Numbered from the stretch's first letter, positions 1 through 9,442 are shown. The stretch is 64,000 bases of DNA from Nitrososphaeria archaeon (GCA_027078545.1 JALWXN010000004.1:960001-1024000), one strand, 5' to 3'. Notes: generated from the sequence alone by a model not told the origin. A program made the numbers and translations.

Positions 1-1
1 G

Positions 2-457
2 ATGGAGCTCGTCCGACTCATATTCGGGGAGGGTGGTGAGGAGACCCTCGAGCCATATACACCCATACTCCTCATAACGATATTCCTGAGGAACCTAGCG
101 ACCGCGACGTTGATACTTGCATCGGCACCCTTCGCGGGCCTACTCCCCGGCGTTATACTACTCCTCAACGGCTTCATAGTGGGGGGCGTCGTGACATACT
201 CAGTCACAGAGATGGGTAGGACACCCCTTGAGGTGGCCGCCCTCCTACTCCCCCACGGGGTGGTCGAGATACCCACCCTAATCTATGCATCCGCCCTGAG
301 CCTGGAGGCGGGTCTAAAGATAGTTAGGGGGGAGTTCACAAGGGAGGACGGCGAGGCCCTACTGAGGAGCTACGTCAGGGTCATACTACCCCTTATATTC
401 ATCGCCGCATTGATAGAGACATTTATAACCCCCTGGATAGCCTCCCAAGCGGTGTAG
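2..457 (+). CDS. SpoIIM/DUF95-family membrane protein (probably 5'-truncated by the window edge)
   Basis: Hydrophobic helices with LLPHGVVEIP and AALIETFITP motifs typical of the family. Confidence 0.8.
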   Translation: MELVRLIFGEGGEETLEPYTPILLITIFLRNLATATLILASAPFAGLLPGVILLLNGFIVGGVVTYSVTEMGRTPLEVAALLLPHGVVEIPTLIYASALSLEAGLKIVRGEFTREDGEALLRSYVRVILPLIFIAALIETFITPWIASQAV

Positions 458-461
458 AACA

Positions 462-1607
462 TTGCTGAGGATAACGAGGAACAAGAACCTCAGGGTAATG
501 GCTATCTTCTACCTCGTAATGGGCCTAGTCATGGGATTCGCAGCCCCCCTAATACCCAGCCTAGTCATAGATGTGGGGCTCACCTTCACGGAGCTAGGCG
601 GGGCCTCCTCACTCGCCGCACTCCTAGCCGGGCTCGGCCTCCCAGTCCTCGGATACCTGGGGGACAAGTATGGTAAGAAGAAGATGCTCATCCTTGCCAC
701 GGGGATAAGGATCTCCGCACTAGCCATCTTCGCCGCGACGATGGATAGGGAGCTTATACTACTGGCCTACATGCTCAACGAGCTGGGCTTCATACTATAC
801 CTCCCATTCGCCCGGGCAGTCGTCAGCGAGGCCGCTGGAAAGGAGGAGATGGGTAGGGCCTACGGAGAGCTCATAACCATTGTGAGCTTCACCGAGGTTG
901 TGGCACCACTCATCTCCGGCCAAATATACAGGTTTGTACAGGACTACAACGCCATGTTCCTACCACTATTCCTAGCCAGCGTGGGGGCTACACCCATCCT
1001 CCTCCTACTAGACGAGGTGAAGGCCGAGAGGCCCATACACCCGAGGGAGATACTGAGGCTATCCAGGATGGAGAGGAGGGTCTATATACCGGCGATACTC
1101 GAGGCAGTTGCATGGAGGGTATGGATCTTCCTACTATACACGGCTCCTAAGGACAGGCTAGGGATAGGCCCCGACTTCATAGGGATAGCCTATACAGCCC
1201 AGAGCGGGGCGTGGTTCCTCACCCAGTACGTCGCTGGCCACCTAACGGATAGGGTTGGCGCCAAGAAGATGTATATAGTCTCAGACTCACTCATGATACC
1301 GATGGCGCTACTCTACATCTTCTACATGTCTGAGGCCACCGTACTTATCAACGCCGCCCTATTCGGCCTAAGCATCTCACTATGGATACCCGCCTTCAAT
1401 AGGGTCGTCTTCGAGGCATCCACACAGGAGACAAGGGCACTGACATACTCCAAGGTGGACAGCTTCCGATACCTGGCGAGTACACCGGCAGCCCAAATAG
1501 GGGGTATGATGTATGAAGGGCTGGACCCGGCATCGCCCTTCATACTTGGTATCGCCCTGGTGGCTATAGATATATACCTAGAGTATAGGTTATTCCCCGA
1601 TGTATAG
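462..1607 (+). CDS. MFS transporter
   Basis: About 12 TM segments; motif A GYLGDKYGKK and a second copy GHLTDRVGAK. Confidence 0.85.
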   Translation: MLRITRNKNLRVMAIFYLVMGLVMGFAAPLIPSLVIDVGLTFTELGGASSLAALLAGLGLPVLGYLGDKYGKKKMLILATGIRISALAIFAATMDRELILLAYMLNELGFILYLPFARAVVSEAAGKEEMGRAYGELITIVSFTEVVAPLISGQIYRFVQDYNAMFLPLFLASVGATPILLLLDEVKAERPIHPREILRLSRMERRVYIPAILEAVAWRVWIFLLYTAPKDRLGIGPDFIGIAYTAQSGAWFLTQYVAGHLTDRVGAKKMYIVSDSLMIPMALLYIFYMSEATVLINAALFGLSISLWIPAFNRVVFEASTQETRALTYSKVDSFRYLASTPAAQIGGMMYEGLDPASPFILGIALVAIDIYLEYRLFPDV

Positions 1608-1621
1608 CCAATTATTAAGGG

Positions 1622-2851
1622 ATGATGGGGAGAGACCCGATAGACGAGATCAGGGGAACCTATGGAGAGGAGCTGGGGGATAGGAGGATCATACTAGTCG
1701 TCACAGGGAGCATCTCCGCCTACAAGGCTCCGGACATAGCTAGGGAGCTGATTAGACATGGTGCCGAGGTCTACATCGTCGCGAGCCAGGACGCCCTGAG
1801 ATTCGCCACTAGGGATACCCTTGCATGGAGCGTGGGTGGTAGATTGATTACCGAGATGTCCTACCTAGCAGAGCATATATACCTGCTTAGGGATGCAGAC
1901 CTAGTCCTCGTGGCTCCTGCAACGGCCAACACGGTGGCTAAGGCGGCATACGGCGTAGCGGATACACCAGCGACACTGGCCATACACTCTGCACTGGGGT
2001 ATGGGAAGAAGGTGTTGATAGCCCCCGTGATGCATCTAAACATGGCTGAGAACCCCCTCTATAAAGAGGCTGTGGAGAGGCTTAGGAAGATGGGAGTAAT
2101 ATTCATAGACCCACTGGTCGAGGAGGAGAAGGCTAAGCTACCACCCCTCAGGGATATCAAGATGGAGGTCTTCAAGTCCCTATACCCGGAGATACTCTCA
2201 GGTAGGAAGGTGGTGGTCACTGCTGGACCCACCATAGAGTATATCGACCCAGTCAGGATAATCACGAATAAGAGTAGTGGCAAGATGGGTGTCTACATAG
2301 CTGAGGAGGCCTACCTAATGGGGGCTGAGGTCACCCTTATACACGGCCCGATAAGGGTCGAGCCATATAGAAAGCTGGAAAGGATACCTGTCGAGACCAC
2401 CGAGGAGATGCTGGATGCAACAATGGAGGCCCTCGAGGGGGCCGACATATTCATAAGCGCAGCTGCACCAGTAGACTATAGGCCGGCCCTCCAGTGGGAG
2501 GAGAAGATAGATACCCGTAGCACAGGTGGACTGGACCTAGAGCTCGTCCTAACACCCAAGATCGTGGCCGAGGCTAAGAAGAGGTATCCCGATCTATACA
2601 TCGTGAGCTTCAAGGCCCTCTACAACGTGGGTGACGAGGAGCTAGTAGCTGCAGCGGCCGAGCATGCCAGGAGATACAGATTCAACCTGACGGTGGCTAA
2701 CGACGTAGCCCGTGAAGGTACAGGGTTCCAGCACGAGACAAACGAGGTCTTCATAGTCGATAGGGATGGCAGGCTGGTGAAGAGGCTTAGGGGGCATAAG
2801 AGGACCTTGGCCAGGGAGCTACTCCAGATCATAGCGGGAGAGCTTGGATAG
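1622..2851 (+). CDS. coaBC: Bifunctional phosphopantothenoylcysteine decarboxylase / phosphopantothenate-cysteine ligase
   Basis: VTGSISAYK, APATANT, VTAGPTIEYIDPVRIITNKSSGKMG. Confidence 0.95.
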   Translation: MMGRDPIDEIRGTYGEELGDRRIILVVTGSISAYKAPDIARELIRHGAEVYIVASQDALRFATRDTLAWSVGGRLITEMSYLAEHIYLLRDADLVLVAPATANTVAKAAYGVADTPATLAIHSALGYGKKVLIAPVMHLNMAENPLYKEAVERLRKMGVIFIDPLVEEEKAKLPPLRDIKMEVFKSLYPEILSGRKVVVTAGPTIEYIDPVRIITNKSSGKMGVYIAEEAYLMGAEVTLIHGPIRVEPYRKLERIPVETTEEMLDATMEALEGADIFISAAAPVDYRPALQWEEKIDTRSTGGLDLELVLTPKIVAEAKKRYPDLYIVSFKALYNVGDEELVAAAAEHARRYRFNLTVANDVAREGTGFQHETNEVFIVDRDGRLVKRLRGHKRTLARELLQIIAGELG

Positions 2852-3568
2852 CCTATCCATTATACGCCTCAACACCGCTGCGAGGACTGCTCCATTATCA
2901 TACCTGGTCAGTATCTCCCGGGCCTCCTCCCTAGTCATCCCCGTCATCTCCCTAGTAAGTATGGGGAAGACCCTCACAAGGTTATCCACAATTGTTATGT
3001 CCGAGTTCCTAGCCGTCCTACTCAGGGGGTTCAGATCGACCGATATAACCCTCTTCCCAAGCCTCCTAAGCCCCTCCGGCATATCCCCATCCTCAATCAT
3101 AAGCATAACAGTGTCAGCGGAGTAGATCCCCATGCTTGAGACGAGGCGCCTCCTACTCGACACTGTGGGTATCTCCACATCATGGTCGGTATATACCGGT
3201 ATAGAGAGCCCCCTGAACAGCCTAGCTATCGCCTCGACCCTCTCCCTAGAGTAGTGGAAGAGGTTTATCTCGATCGGGATCCCGAACCTCTCGGCGAAGC
3301 CCGCTATCTCCTCATGGGCAAGGGCCGCCGCATTACCATTAACGGCTATAACCGGCCTCTTAGAGAGTATGAGTAGGGCTGCTGCAGCCCTATAGGCTGG
3401 TAATGCCTCCTCTGGTGTCTCCTCACCTAGGATATAGTCGAAGCACTCCCCCCTGCCATGGGCGATGAGGCCCTGGGGGACGACGACATCCCCAAGCATA
3501 CTAACCAGTCGTTCACGTATGACCAGGCTCTTGTAGCGTGGGTGGCTAGTGGGGATATCAGTCATCAA
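2819..3568 (-). CDS. pps: Archaeal 4-phosphopantoate--beta-alanine ligase (phosphopantothenate synthetase)
   Basis: IPTSHPRYKSL, GLIAHGRGECFDYILGE, VDLNPLSRTA, TIVDN. Confidence 0.93.
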   Translation of the reverse strand: MMTDIPTSHPRYKSLVIRERLVSMLGDVVVPQGLIAHGRGECFDYILGEETPEEALPAYRAAAALLILSKRPVIAVNGNAAALAHEEIAGFAERFGIPIEINLFHYSRERVEAIARLFRGLSIPVYTDHDVEIPTVSSRRRLVSSMGIYSADTVMLMIEDGDMPEGLRRLGKRVISVDLNPLSRTARNSDITIVDNLVRVFPILTREMTGMTREEAREILTRYDNGAVLAAVLRRIMDRLSKLSRYDLE

Positions 3569-4406
3569 TTATCCTTAATCCACACCTCGATATTTTAAGA
3601 ACCTCTGTATACCCCATACCGGAAAGATTATCAGCCACCTCGGGGCCGAGGCCCTTGTCAACATAGACCAGGACGATATTCTTCTTCCTATGGAAACCTA
3701 TGAGGGAGCCCCTCCTCATATAGATCCTCAGCCTACCCACCAACTCCTCATAGAGATCCCTATCCATAAGCCCCGTCATCAATGAGAATCTCTGACTAGC
3801 CTCAACAAACCTCTCTAGACCCGGGTCCTCGAGGAAGTATCTATGTATCTCAGGGCCCACAGCCGAGACCTTCTCACCAACCCTCCGGAGCATCTCAGGA
3901 GTGGTCTCCGACCCAGTCTCGAGGGCCACTACGTCGGGATCACCGTCCACCCTGACCGACTCTACAACAGCCTCTCCAGGCCCACCTGGGAAACGTCTAA
4001 CCTCGAGCCCACCCCTTATAATGGCTACCACGTCTCCATAGCCAGTCCGGTTTAGAACCTCCGCATTGTGGACAGCCCTACCTGCCTCCTCAACTGTATG
4101 GGCACCAGCTAGTAGGAGGCCAGCCATCGAGAGGCCAGCGCTCATGCCATAGCCAATGCCTAGGAGTGGGCGTGAATAGGCCTCTATCGCGATTGGTTCG
4201 AGACCGAGGTAGGAGAAGCTGTCCAGATATGTCTTGAAGACTACTCTCCCAGAGCCACTGAAGTATACCCCTGGGCCGCCCTTTCCCATCCCGACCCTTA
4301 TAGGGCTCAGATTCACACCTGCGCCTACACTACCAGTCGTCTGGGGATCATGCCCCTCAACGACGTACCAATACCCAGTTACATGTCTAGGAACCTCTAT
4401 GATCAT
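3558..4406 (-). CDS. pok: Pantoate kinase (GHMP family)
   Basis: VPRHVTGYW, TGSVGAG, GIGYGMSAG, AEVLNRTGYGDV; overlaps pps. Confidence 0.88.
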   Translation of the reverse strand: MIIEVPRHVTGYWYVVEGHDPQTTGSVGAGVNLSPIRVGMGKGGPGVYFSGSGRVVFKTYLDSFSYLGLEPIAIEAYSRPLLGIGYGMSAGLSMAGLLLAGAHTVEEAGRAVHNAEVLNRTGYGDVVAIIRGGLEVRRFPGGPGEAVVESVRVDGDPDVVALETGSETTPEMLRRVGEKVSAVGPEIHRYFLEDPGLERFVEASQRFSLMTGLMDRDLYEELVGRLRIYMRRGSLIGFHRKKNIVLVYVDKGLGPEVADNLSGMGYTEVLKISRCGLRIIDD

Positions 4407-4451
4407 GCCTAGAAAGAATATGGTGGATATCTAGGAGGTATAAAGAGGAGA

Positions 4452-5615
4452 TTAGTGGGTGGGCGACCTCACTAGTAGGCCGTTCTCCTCGAGCCACCTC
4501 ACCATGCCCTGGTAGGCCAGTATCCTGGATATAGACTTCCCACCCTTCGGCCCAGGCTTCTTCATGTAGAAGGCGTTGACCTCGTATATCGTACCGGTGT
4601 AGCCAGCGTCCAGCGCCAGCCTACCCAGCCTAGCAAGGTCGACCATGTAACCAGCCAGTGCCGGGCTATCATTGATCCTCATGTTAACATAGATACTGTC
4701 CCTAACACCGTTGAAACTCTTATACTCTATGTGTATACTGACGAACTTCTTGTCGCCGAGGGGCTCCAGGTAGCCAGTGGGCTTGATATAGTGTGGCGCG
4801 TCGTAGCCCAGGATATCCTCCACGATACTGCTCTTCGTCTTCTCCTTCATCAGGTTCTTATCCGGATCTGTGAGAGCGTAGAAGTCTAGGTTACCCCCTA
4901 TATTGAACTGTACCACGAACTCAACACGCCTATTCCTCTCACTGAGATGCTCCAGGACATCGGCTGTGAAGGGCGTCGCACCAGTAGCTCCGTCGTCACC
5001 CAGTATCAGTCCACCGGCCTCCCTATACATCTTCACGTAGAGGTCGTCGTTGGCCAGTGGGGTGGGTATCAGGTTTACGAAGGCGACTGGGCTATGCCTC
5101 CTACTATACTCTGCAGCCACGTAGGCGTAGAACTGGCCAGCCGATACCCTCCCCTCAGCCAGCCTCTCCTCCAAGACCTCTATAGACCCGATCTCATCGG
5201 CATACTCGGTAGTTATCACGTTGATGATGACGTCGGGCTCCAGCTCCCTCCACTGGTCGATCAAGGTCTCCGCCGCCTCTAGGAGGCTCATCCTATAGTC
5301 TAGACCCCTGGACCTGATGCCCAGCCTATCCAGGTTCCCAAGGTGGACACCCTCCAGTACCCTGAGACTCCTGAGACTCTCCGGTATAGGCACTACATCG
5401 CCTATCTGCCTCTTAGCCACCTCGTAGAGCGTCTTGCCAACCTTGGACTCGTCGACGTCATAGGCAGCCACTACCTCTACCTCGGATATACTCTTCTCAA
5501 GCTTACCTGCAAGGGGTACTCCATAAGGCTCTATCTCACCAGCCTTAATCCTCTCAAGCCCCACAGCGAAGTGTGAGGCCGCCATACCCATGCCGAGCAG
5601 TATAACCCTCACCAT
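4452..5615 (-). CDS. ino1: myo-inositol-1-phosphate synthase
   Basis: N-terminal Rossmann fold, GDDGATGATP, QFNIGGNLDF, RINDSPALAG. Confidence 0.92.
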   Translation of the reverse strand: MVRVILLGMGMAASHFAVGLERIKAGEIEPYGVPLAGKLEKSISEVEVVAAYDVDESKVGKTLYEVAKRQIGDVVPIPESLRSLRVLEGVHLGNLDRLGIRSRGLDYRMSLLEAAETLIDQWRELEPDVIINVITTEYADEIGSIEVLEERLAEGRVSAGQFYAYVAAEYSRRHSPVAFVNLIPTPLANDDLYVKMYREAGGLILGDDGATGATPFTADVLEHLSERNRRVEFVVQFNIGGNLDFYALTDPDKNLMKEKTKSSIVEDILGYDAPHYIKPTGYLEPLGDKKFVSIHIEYKSFNGVRDSIYVNMRINDSPALAGYMVDLARLGRLALDAGYTGTIYEVNAFYMKKPGPKGGKSISRILAYQGMVRWLEENGLLVRSPTH

Positions 5616-5701
5616 ATCTAATCACCTCCTTAGGGTGTGATGGAGGATTAGTGAATAGGTGTGGAGCTAGTAGCCCCGAGGATCCACAGAGACCTCCATC
5701 C
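5616..5701 (-). promoter_or_regulatory. Structured 5' leader of ino1 (candidate cis-regulatory RNA)
   Basis: TATA-like TTTATAT at 5735-5729; GAUGGAGG/CCUCCAUC helix; CUAAUCCUCC complementary to SD region GGAGGUGAUUAG. Confidence 0.5.
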
Positions 5702-5749
5702 AAAAAATATTGTGATGTATGGTGGAGGATATAAATATGATTGGGAGCG

Positions 5750-7162
5750 TTACCAGCTCTCCACGTATGTCTTGGCCTCTGCAACGACCTTAGCGGCGTC
5801 GCTCAACGCCTCTAGATGCGTCTCAATATCCTCCATCGTATGCTGTACACTCATCGTCCACATCTCCTCAGGCCCCGTGGCCATGGGTATAACACCCCTG
5901 TTGAGCATGGCGTAGTAGTAGGGGTACCACAGCTCGAATGGGAGGTTCAGGAGGTCTCTAAAGCTGTGTACAGGCTCTGGGGAGAATAGGAATGCCCCTG
6001 AGACTCCAAAGGTTTCGACCACGACATCGACGCCATTCTCATCGAAGATCTTCTCATACCCCCTGCTGAGCTCCTCGTTAAGCCTTATCATCTCACGGTA
6101 TGCATCGTCGGTAAGGATCTCCGTCAACGTGGTGTATAGCGACCTGAGGCTGAATGGATTGGCGTTATAGGTACCTGCGTGTAGGACGCCCTGCTCCCTA
6201 ATACTCTCGCTCGGCCCTATAAGAGACATTATCTCGTCGATCCCCCCGATCATGCTTATCACCGCCCCTCCACCTATCGCCTTTGCCGCGGTTATTATGT
6301 CCGGCTCTACACCGAAGATCTGGGCAGCCGTAGTCCTCCCAGCCCTGAAGGCCGTCTTCACCTCGTCGAAGATGAGTACGACGTCATACTCGTCGGCTAT
6401 CCTCCTAAGCCTCTGTAGATAGTCGTTCTCAGGCTTGATAATACCGGCGTTCATCATCACAGGCTCAACAATGATAGCCGCTACGTCGTCCCCCTCCTCC
6501 TCCAGGATGTCTATGAGGGGCTCAGTATCGTTGAAGGGAACCACCCTGACCAGCTCCTCCATCTTATCGGGTACGCCGAGGGTCTCCAGGACGCTGACAG
6601 GCATCTTCCTAGGCCCTGCTAGCCCCCTGAATGGCCATATGCTGAATAGGACATTGTCATAGGTGCCGTGGTAGCTCCCCTCAACCTTTATGATGATGTC
6701 CCTACCCGTGAACGCCCTCGCCAGCCTGATAGCGAACATCACGGCCTCGCTACCACTGTTGCTGAAGCGGAACATGTCGACATCCAGGAGGTCTGTGATC
6801 AGATCGGTGATCTCGTCTAGGAGGTAGTAAGGGAATGTGTAGAGGATCCCCTCCTCTATCTGCCTATGGAGAGCCTCGTTAAGCTTCGGGTGGCTATGCC
6901 CGACTAGGAGGGTTCCATACCCCATGTTGAAGTCGAGGTACTCATTTCCATCTACGTCCCATATCCTACTACCCCTGGCCCTGGTGAAGTATATCGGGTA
7001 CGGCGGGTAGTACCTCTGGTTACTGTTCACACCGTAGGGGATGTACTCCGAGACCTTCTCGAAGACCTCCCTGCTCCTCCTCGTCCTGTCTAGGTAACGC
7101 CTAACCTCCTTCAGGGTCGAGGGTCCATAGTCCTCAAAATCGGCTAGATAAGCCTCATACAT
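5750..7162 (-). CDS. Class III PLP aminotransferase, glutamate-1-semialdehyde aminomutase-like
   Basis: DVDGNEYLDF, FSNSGSEA, EGSYHG, LIFDEVKT, AAKAIGGG, HAGTYNANP. Confidence 0.85.
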   Translation of the reverse strand: MYEAYLADFEDYGPSTLKEVRRYLDRTRRSREVFEKVSEYIPYGVNSNQRYYPPYPIYFTRARGSRIWDVDGNEYLDFNMGYGTLLVGHSHPKLNEALHRQIEEGILYTFPYYLLDEITDLITDLLDVDMFRFSNSGSEAVMFAIRLARAFTGRDIIIKVEGSYHGTYDNVLFSIWPFRGLAGPRKMPVSVLETLGVPDKMEELVRVVPFNDTEPLIDILEEEGDDVAAIIVEPVMMNAGIIKPENDYLQRLRRIADEYDVVLIFDEVKTAFRAGRTTAAQIFGVEPDIITAAKAIGGGAVISMIGGIDEIMSLIGPSESIREQGVLHAGTYNANPFSLRSLYTTLTEILTDDAYREMIRLNEELSRGYEKIFDENGVDVVVETFGVSGAFLFSPEPVHSFRDLLNLPFELWYPYYYAMLNRGVIPMATGPEEMWTMSVQHTMEDIETHLEALSDAAKVVAEAKTYVESW

Positions 7163-7250
7163 AAGGAATATACACCCCAGTCCATAGAAGGAGTGTAAAG
7201 CCGCCTCTCAATGGAGTGTCATCCGGCTCCACACTCAAACCTCCGTATGT
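7163..7250 (-). promoter_or_regulatory. Structured 5' leader of the GSA-AM-like gene (candidate cis-regulatory RNA)
   Basis: TATA TTTTATATA at 7281-7273; 13-bp core stem GAGUGUGGAGCCG/CGGCUUUACACUC with G.U pairs that form only on the minus strand. Confidence 0.55.
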
Positions 7251-7298
7251 ATTAGGTTTCTACTGGCCGAGGTATATAAAATATAGTGTATATCCAGG

Positions 7299-7574
7299 CT
7301 ACCCACCTGCAGGCGGGTGTAGAGCCACTACATCGCCCTCAGACAGCACCGTCTCCACCCCGGATAGGAGGTCTATATCACGACCATTAACAGTTATCCT
7401 GTGGTAGGGGGCTGGAGACCCATCCCTGATCACTAGGCCATCCAGTCCGGGATAGATCTCCAGGAGCCTGTTGAGGAGATCCGCCACTGTGGACCCCTCA
7501 GGGAGGTCCACCAATGTCTCCATCACCCCAGTGGCTAGGTAGGAGTATCCGTAGAGCCTGACTACTATCCTCAT
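7299..7574 (-). CDS. moaD: MoaD/ThiS/SAMP ubiquitin-like sulfur carrier
   Basis: 91 aa beta-grasp pattern, VNGRDI, ends HPPAGG; directly after aor. Confidence 0.9.
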   Translation of the reverse strand: MRIVVRLYGYSYLATGVMETLVDLPEGSTVADLLNRLLEIYPGLDGLVIRDGSPAPYHRITVNGRDIDLLSGVETVLSEGDVVALHPPAGG

Positions 7575-7591
7575 AAATAGGTGGGGAGGGG

Positions 7592-9442
7592 TTATGCCGG
7601 GTACTCCAGCTTCCTAGCCTCCTTGGTGAGGCGTAGGCTCCTTAGCTTACCCTTCCTAGGCACCCCGTTCTTATCCCATCCCCTGAGCCTATAGTAGTCA
7701 TCCAGCATCTTCTCGAACTTCTCCCGGCCAAGTATCTTCCCAGCTGGTGGGCCGCTCTTGAGTGGCTCGTTCAGTATCCTGTAGGGTACGTAGTCATCCC
7801 TCCTCGTGAAGCCCTCCCTAACGTTGAAGAGCCTTATCAGGTTCCATATCCTCTCTCCCCTCCAGCGGAGATCCTCGACACTCATGTCCCAGCCAGTGGC
7901 CAGCTTCAGATACTTAGCCATCTCCTCATAGTTGATCGCTATGAAGTCGCACCAGACCATGCTCCACTTGATCGTGTTGAGGTCCTGGAGCCTGATAACC
8001 ACCTCAGCCTTACCCTCAGGTGTGAATGGGTCTAGCTCCCCGAATGCCTCCTCAGCTATGCTCCAGGCCCTCAGGTGGCAGGCACCCCTATCAGCGGTTG
8101 CGTATGCCAGGGCCATGGAGACGCTTCCACGTGGGTCATATGCCGGATACTCCAGGCCCTTAGTCTCGATGGCGAATTTATAGGCGTCTCCACCCACATA
8201 TGCGGCTATGCCCTTCACACCCTCAGCCATGATGTCTCCGAAGCCTATCCTATGGGCCATCATCTTGATCAGCTCATACTCAGCCTCGGGATCACCGAAC
8301 CTAGCCTCTACACCGTTGAGATCCTTCTTGGTTAGGTAGCCCTTCTCATAGAGCTCCATAACATAGCCCACTATGTTACCTGCGGAGATACTGTCCATAC
8401 CCATGTCGTCTAGGAGGGCGTTGAGGGATACGATGGCCTTGAAGTCGCCTATACCCGCCGCGCCGCCGACCATAGCGATAGTCTCATACTCAGGCCCATC
8501 GATGTGGAACTCGCCCCACCTTGGATCCTTAACCTTAACCAGATTCCTACATGCTATTGAGCATCTGTAGCATGCCGCCTTACTAGTCCTGAACCTCTTG
8601 AGGACATCAGCAGATATTTCCTCCCACTCCTCGAAGACGCCGTCCTGGAAGTTCCTAGTCGGGAATACCCCTACATTGTTGCTCCACTCTACGATAGTTG
8701 GCGTACCACCGTTCTTGGCCCATGCATAGTCCTCGCTGAATATCTTCTCCTTGATATACCACCTGTTATACTCGTTGAAGCCGTCTGGATCCGCCAGCTC
8801 AAACCTCGGGTTCTTGGGGTCAGCCGAGACGACGACCGCCTTCAGGTTCTTACTACCCATTACGGCGCCTACTCCGCCCCTAGCATGTATGTGATGCTTA
8901 TCCACAACCACTCCCGCTATCTTAACTAGGTTCTCCCCAGCCGGGCCTATCGCCGCTACCTTGGCATCCTTGTCACCTACCTCCTCTCTTAGAGCCTCCT
9001 CCGTGGCGAAGACTCCCCAGCCCCAGTATTTAGAGGCGTCTCGGAAGTGGAACTTCCCGTCGTGGTCTATATAGACATATGTGGGCTTCTCAGCCCTACC
9101 CATGAATACTATGGCGTCGAAGCCGGCTATCTTCATATAGCTGGTGAAGAAGCCTCCGCCGTTGCTATCGTTGAATGTCCCCGTGGCTGGAGACTTGGTG
9201 GCGATCACACCCCTCGCAGAGGCGGGGGCACCAGTCCCTGTTAGGGGGCCGACGGCGAATATAAGGATGTTTGCTGGGGAGAGTGGGTCTATCCTTGGTG
9301 GCAACATGTCGTAGAGCAGCTTAGCGGCCAGCCCCTTACCCCCTATATACTCCTTGAGGAGGCTCTCCCTAGGCTTCCTGATCTTCACCTTCCTCCGTGT
9401 AAGGTCTACATAGGCGATCCTATTGCCATAGCCATATGCCAT
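7592..9442 (-). CDS. aor: Tungsten-containing aldehyde:ferredoxin oxidoreductase family protein
   Basis: YIGGKGLAA, KSPATG, IGPAGENLV, GGVGAVMGSKNLKA, CxxCxxxC (CYRCSIAC), GPEYET, RGACH; start set at MAYGY. Confidence 0.93.
   Translation of the reverse strand: MAYGYGNRIAYVDLTRRKVKIRKPRESLLKEYIGGKGLAAKLLYDMLPPRIDPLSPANILIFAVGPLTGTGAPASARGVIATKSPATGTFNDSNGGGFFTSYMKIAGFDAIVFMGRAEKPTYVYIDHDGKFHFRDASKYWGWGVFATEEALREEVGDKDAKVAAIGPAGENLVKIAGVVVDKHHIHARGGVGAVMGSKNLKAVVVSADPKNPRFELADPDGFNEYNRWYIKEKIFSEDYAWAKNGGTPTIVEWSNNVGVFPTRNFQDGVFEEWEEISADVLKRFRTSKAACYRCSIACRNLVKVKDPRWGEFHIDGPEYETIAMVGGAAGIGDFKAIVSLNALLDDMGMDSISAGNIVGYVMELYEKGYLTKKDLNGVEARFGDPEAEYELIKMMAHRIGFGDIMAEGVKGIAAYVGGDAYKFAIETKGLEYPAYDPRGSVSMALAYATADRGACHLRAWSIAEEAFGELDPFTPEGKAEVVIRLQDLNTIKWSMVWCDFIAINYEEMAKYLKLATGWDMSVEDLRWRGERIWNLIRLFNVREGFTRRDDYVPYRILNEPLKSGPPAGKILGREKFEKMLDDYYRLRGWDKNGVPRKGKLRSLRLTKEARKLEYPA

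Noticed and set aside
1622-4406. coaBC-pps-pok cluster as a novelty
   Set aside because: Standard, well-described archaeal CoA pathway
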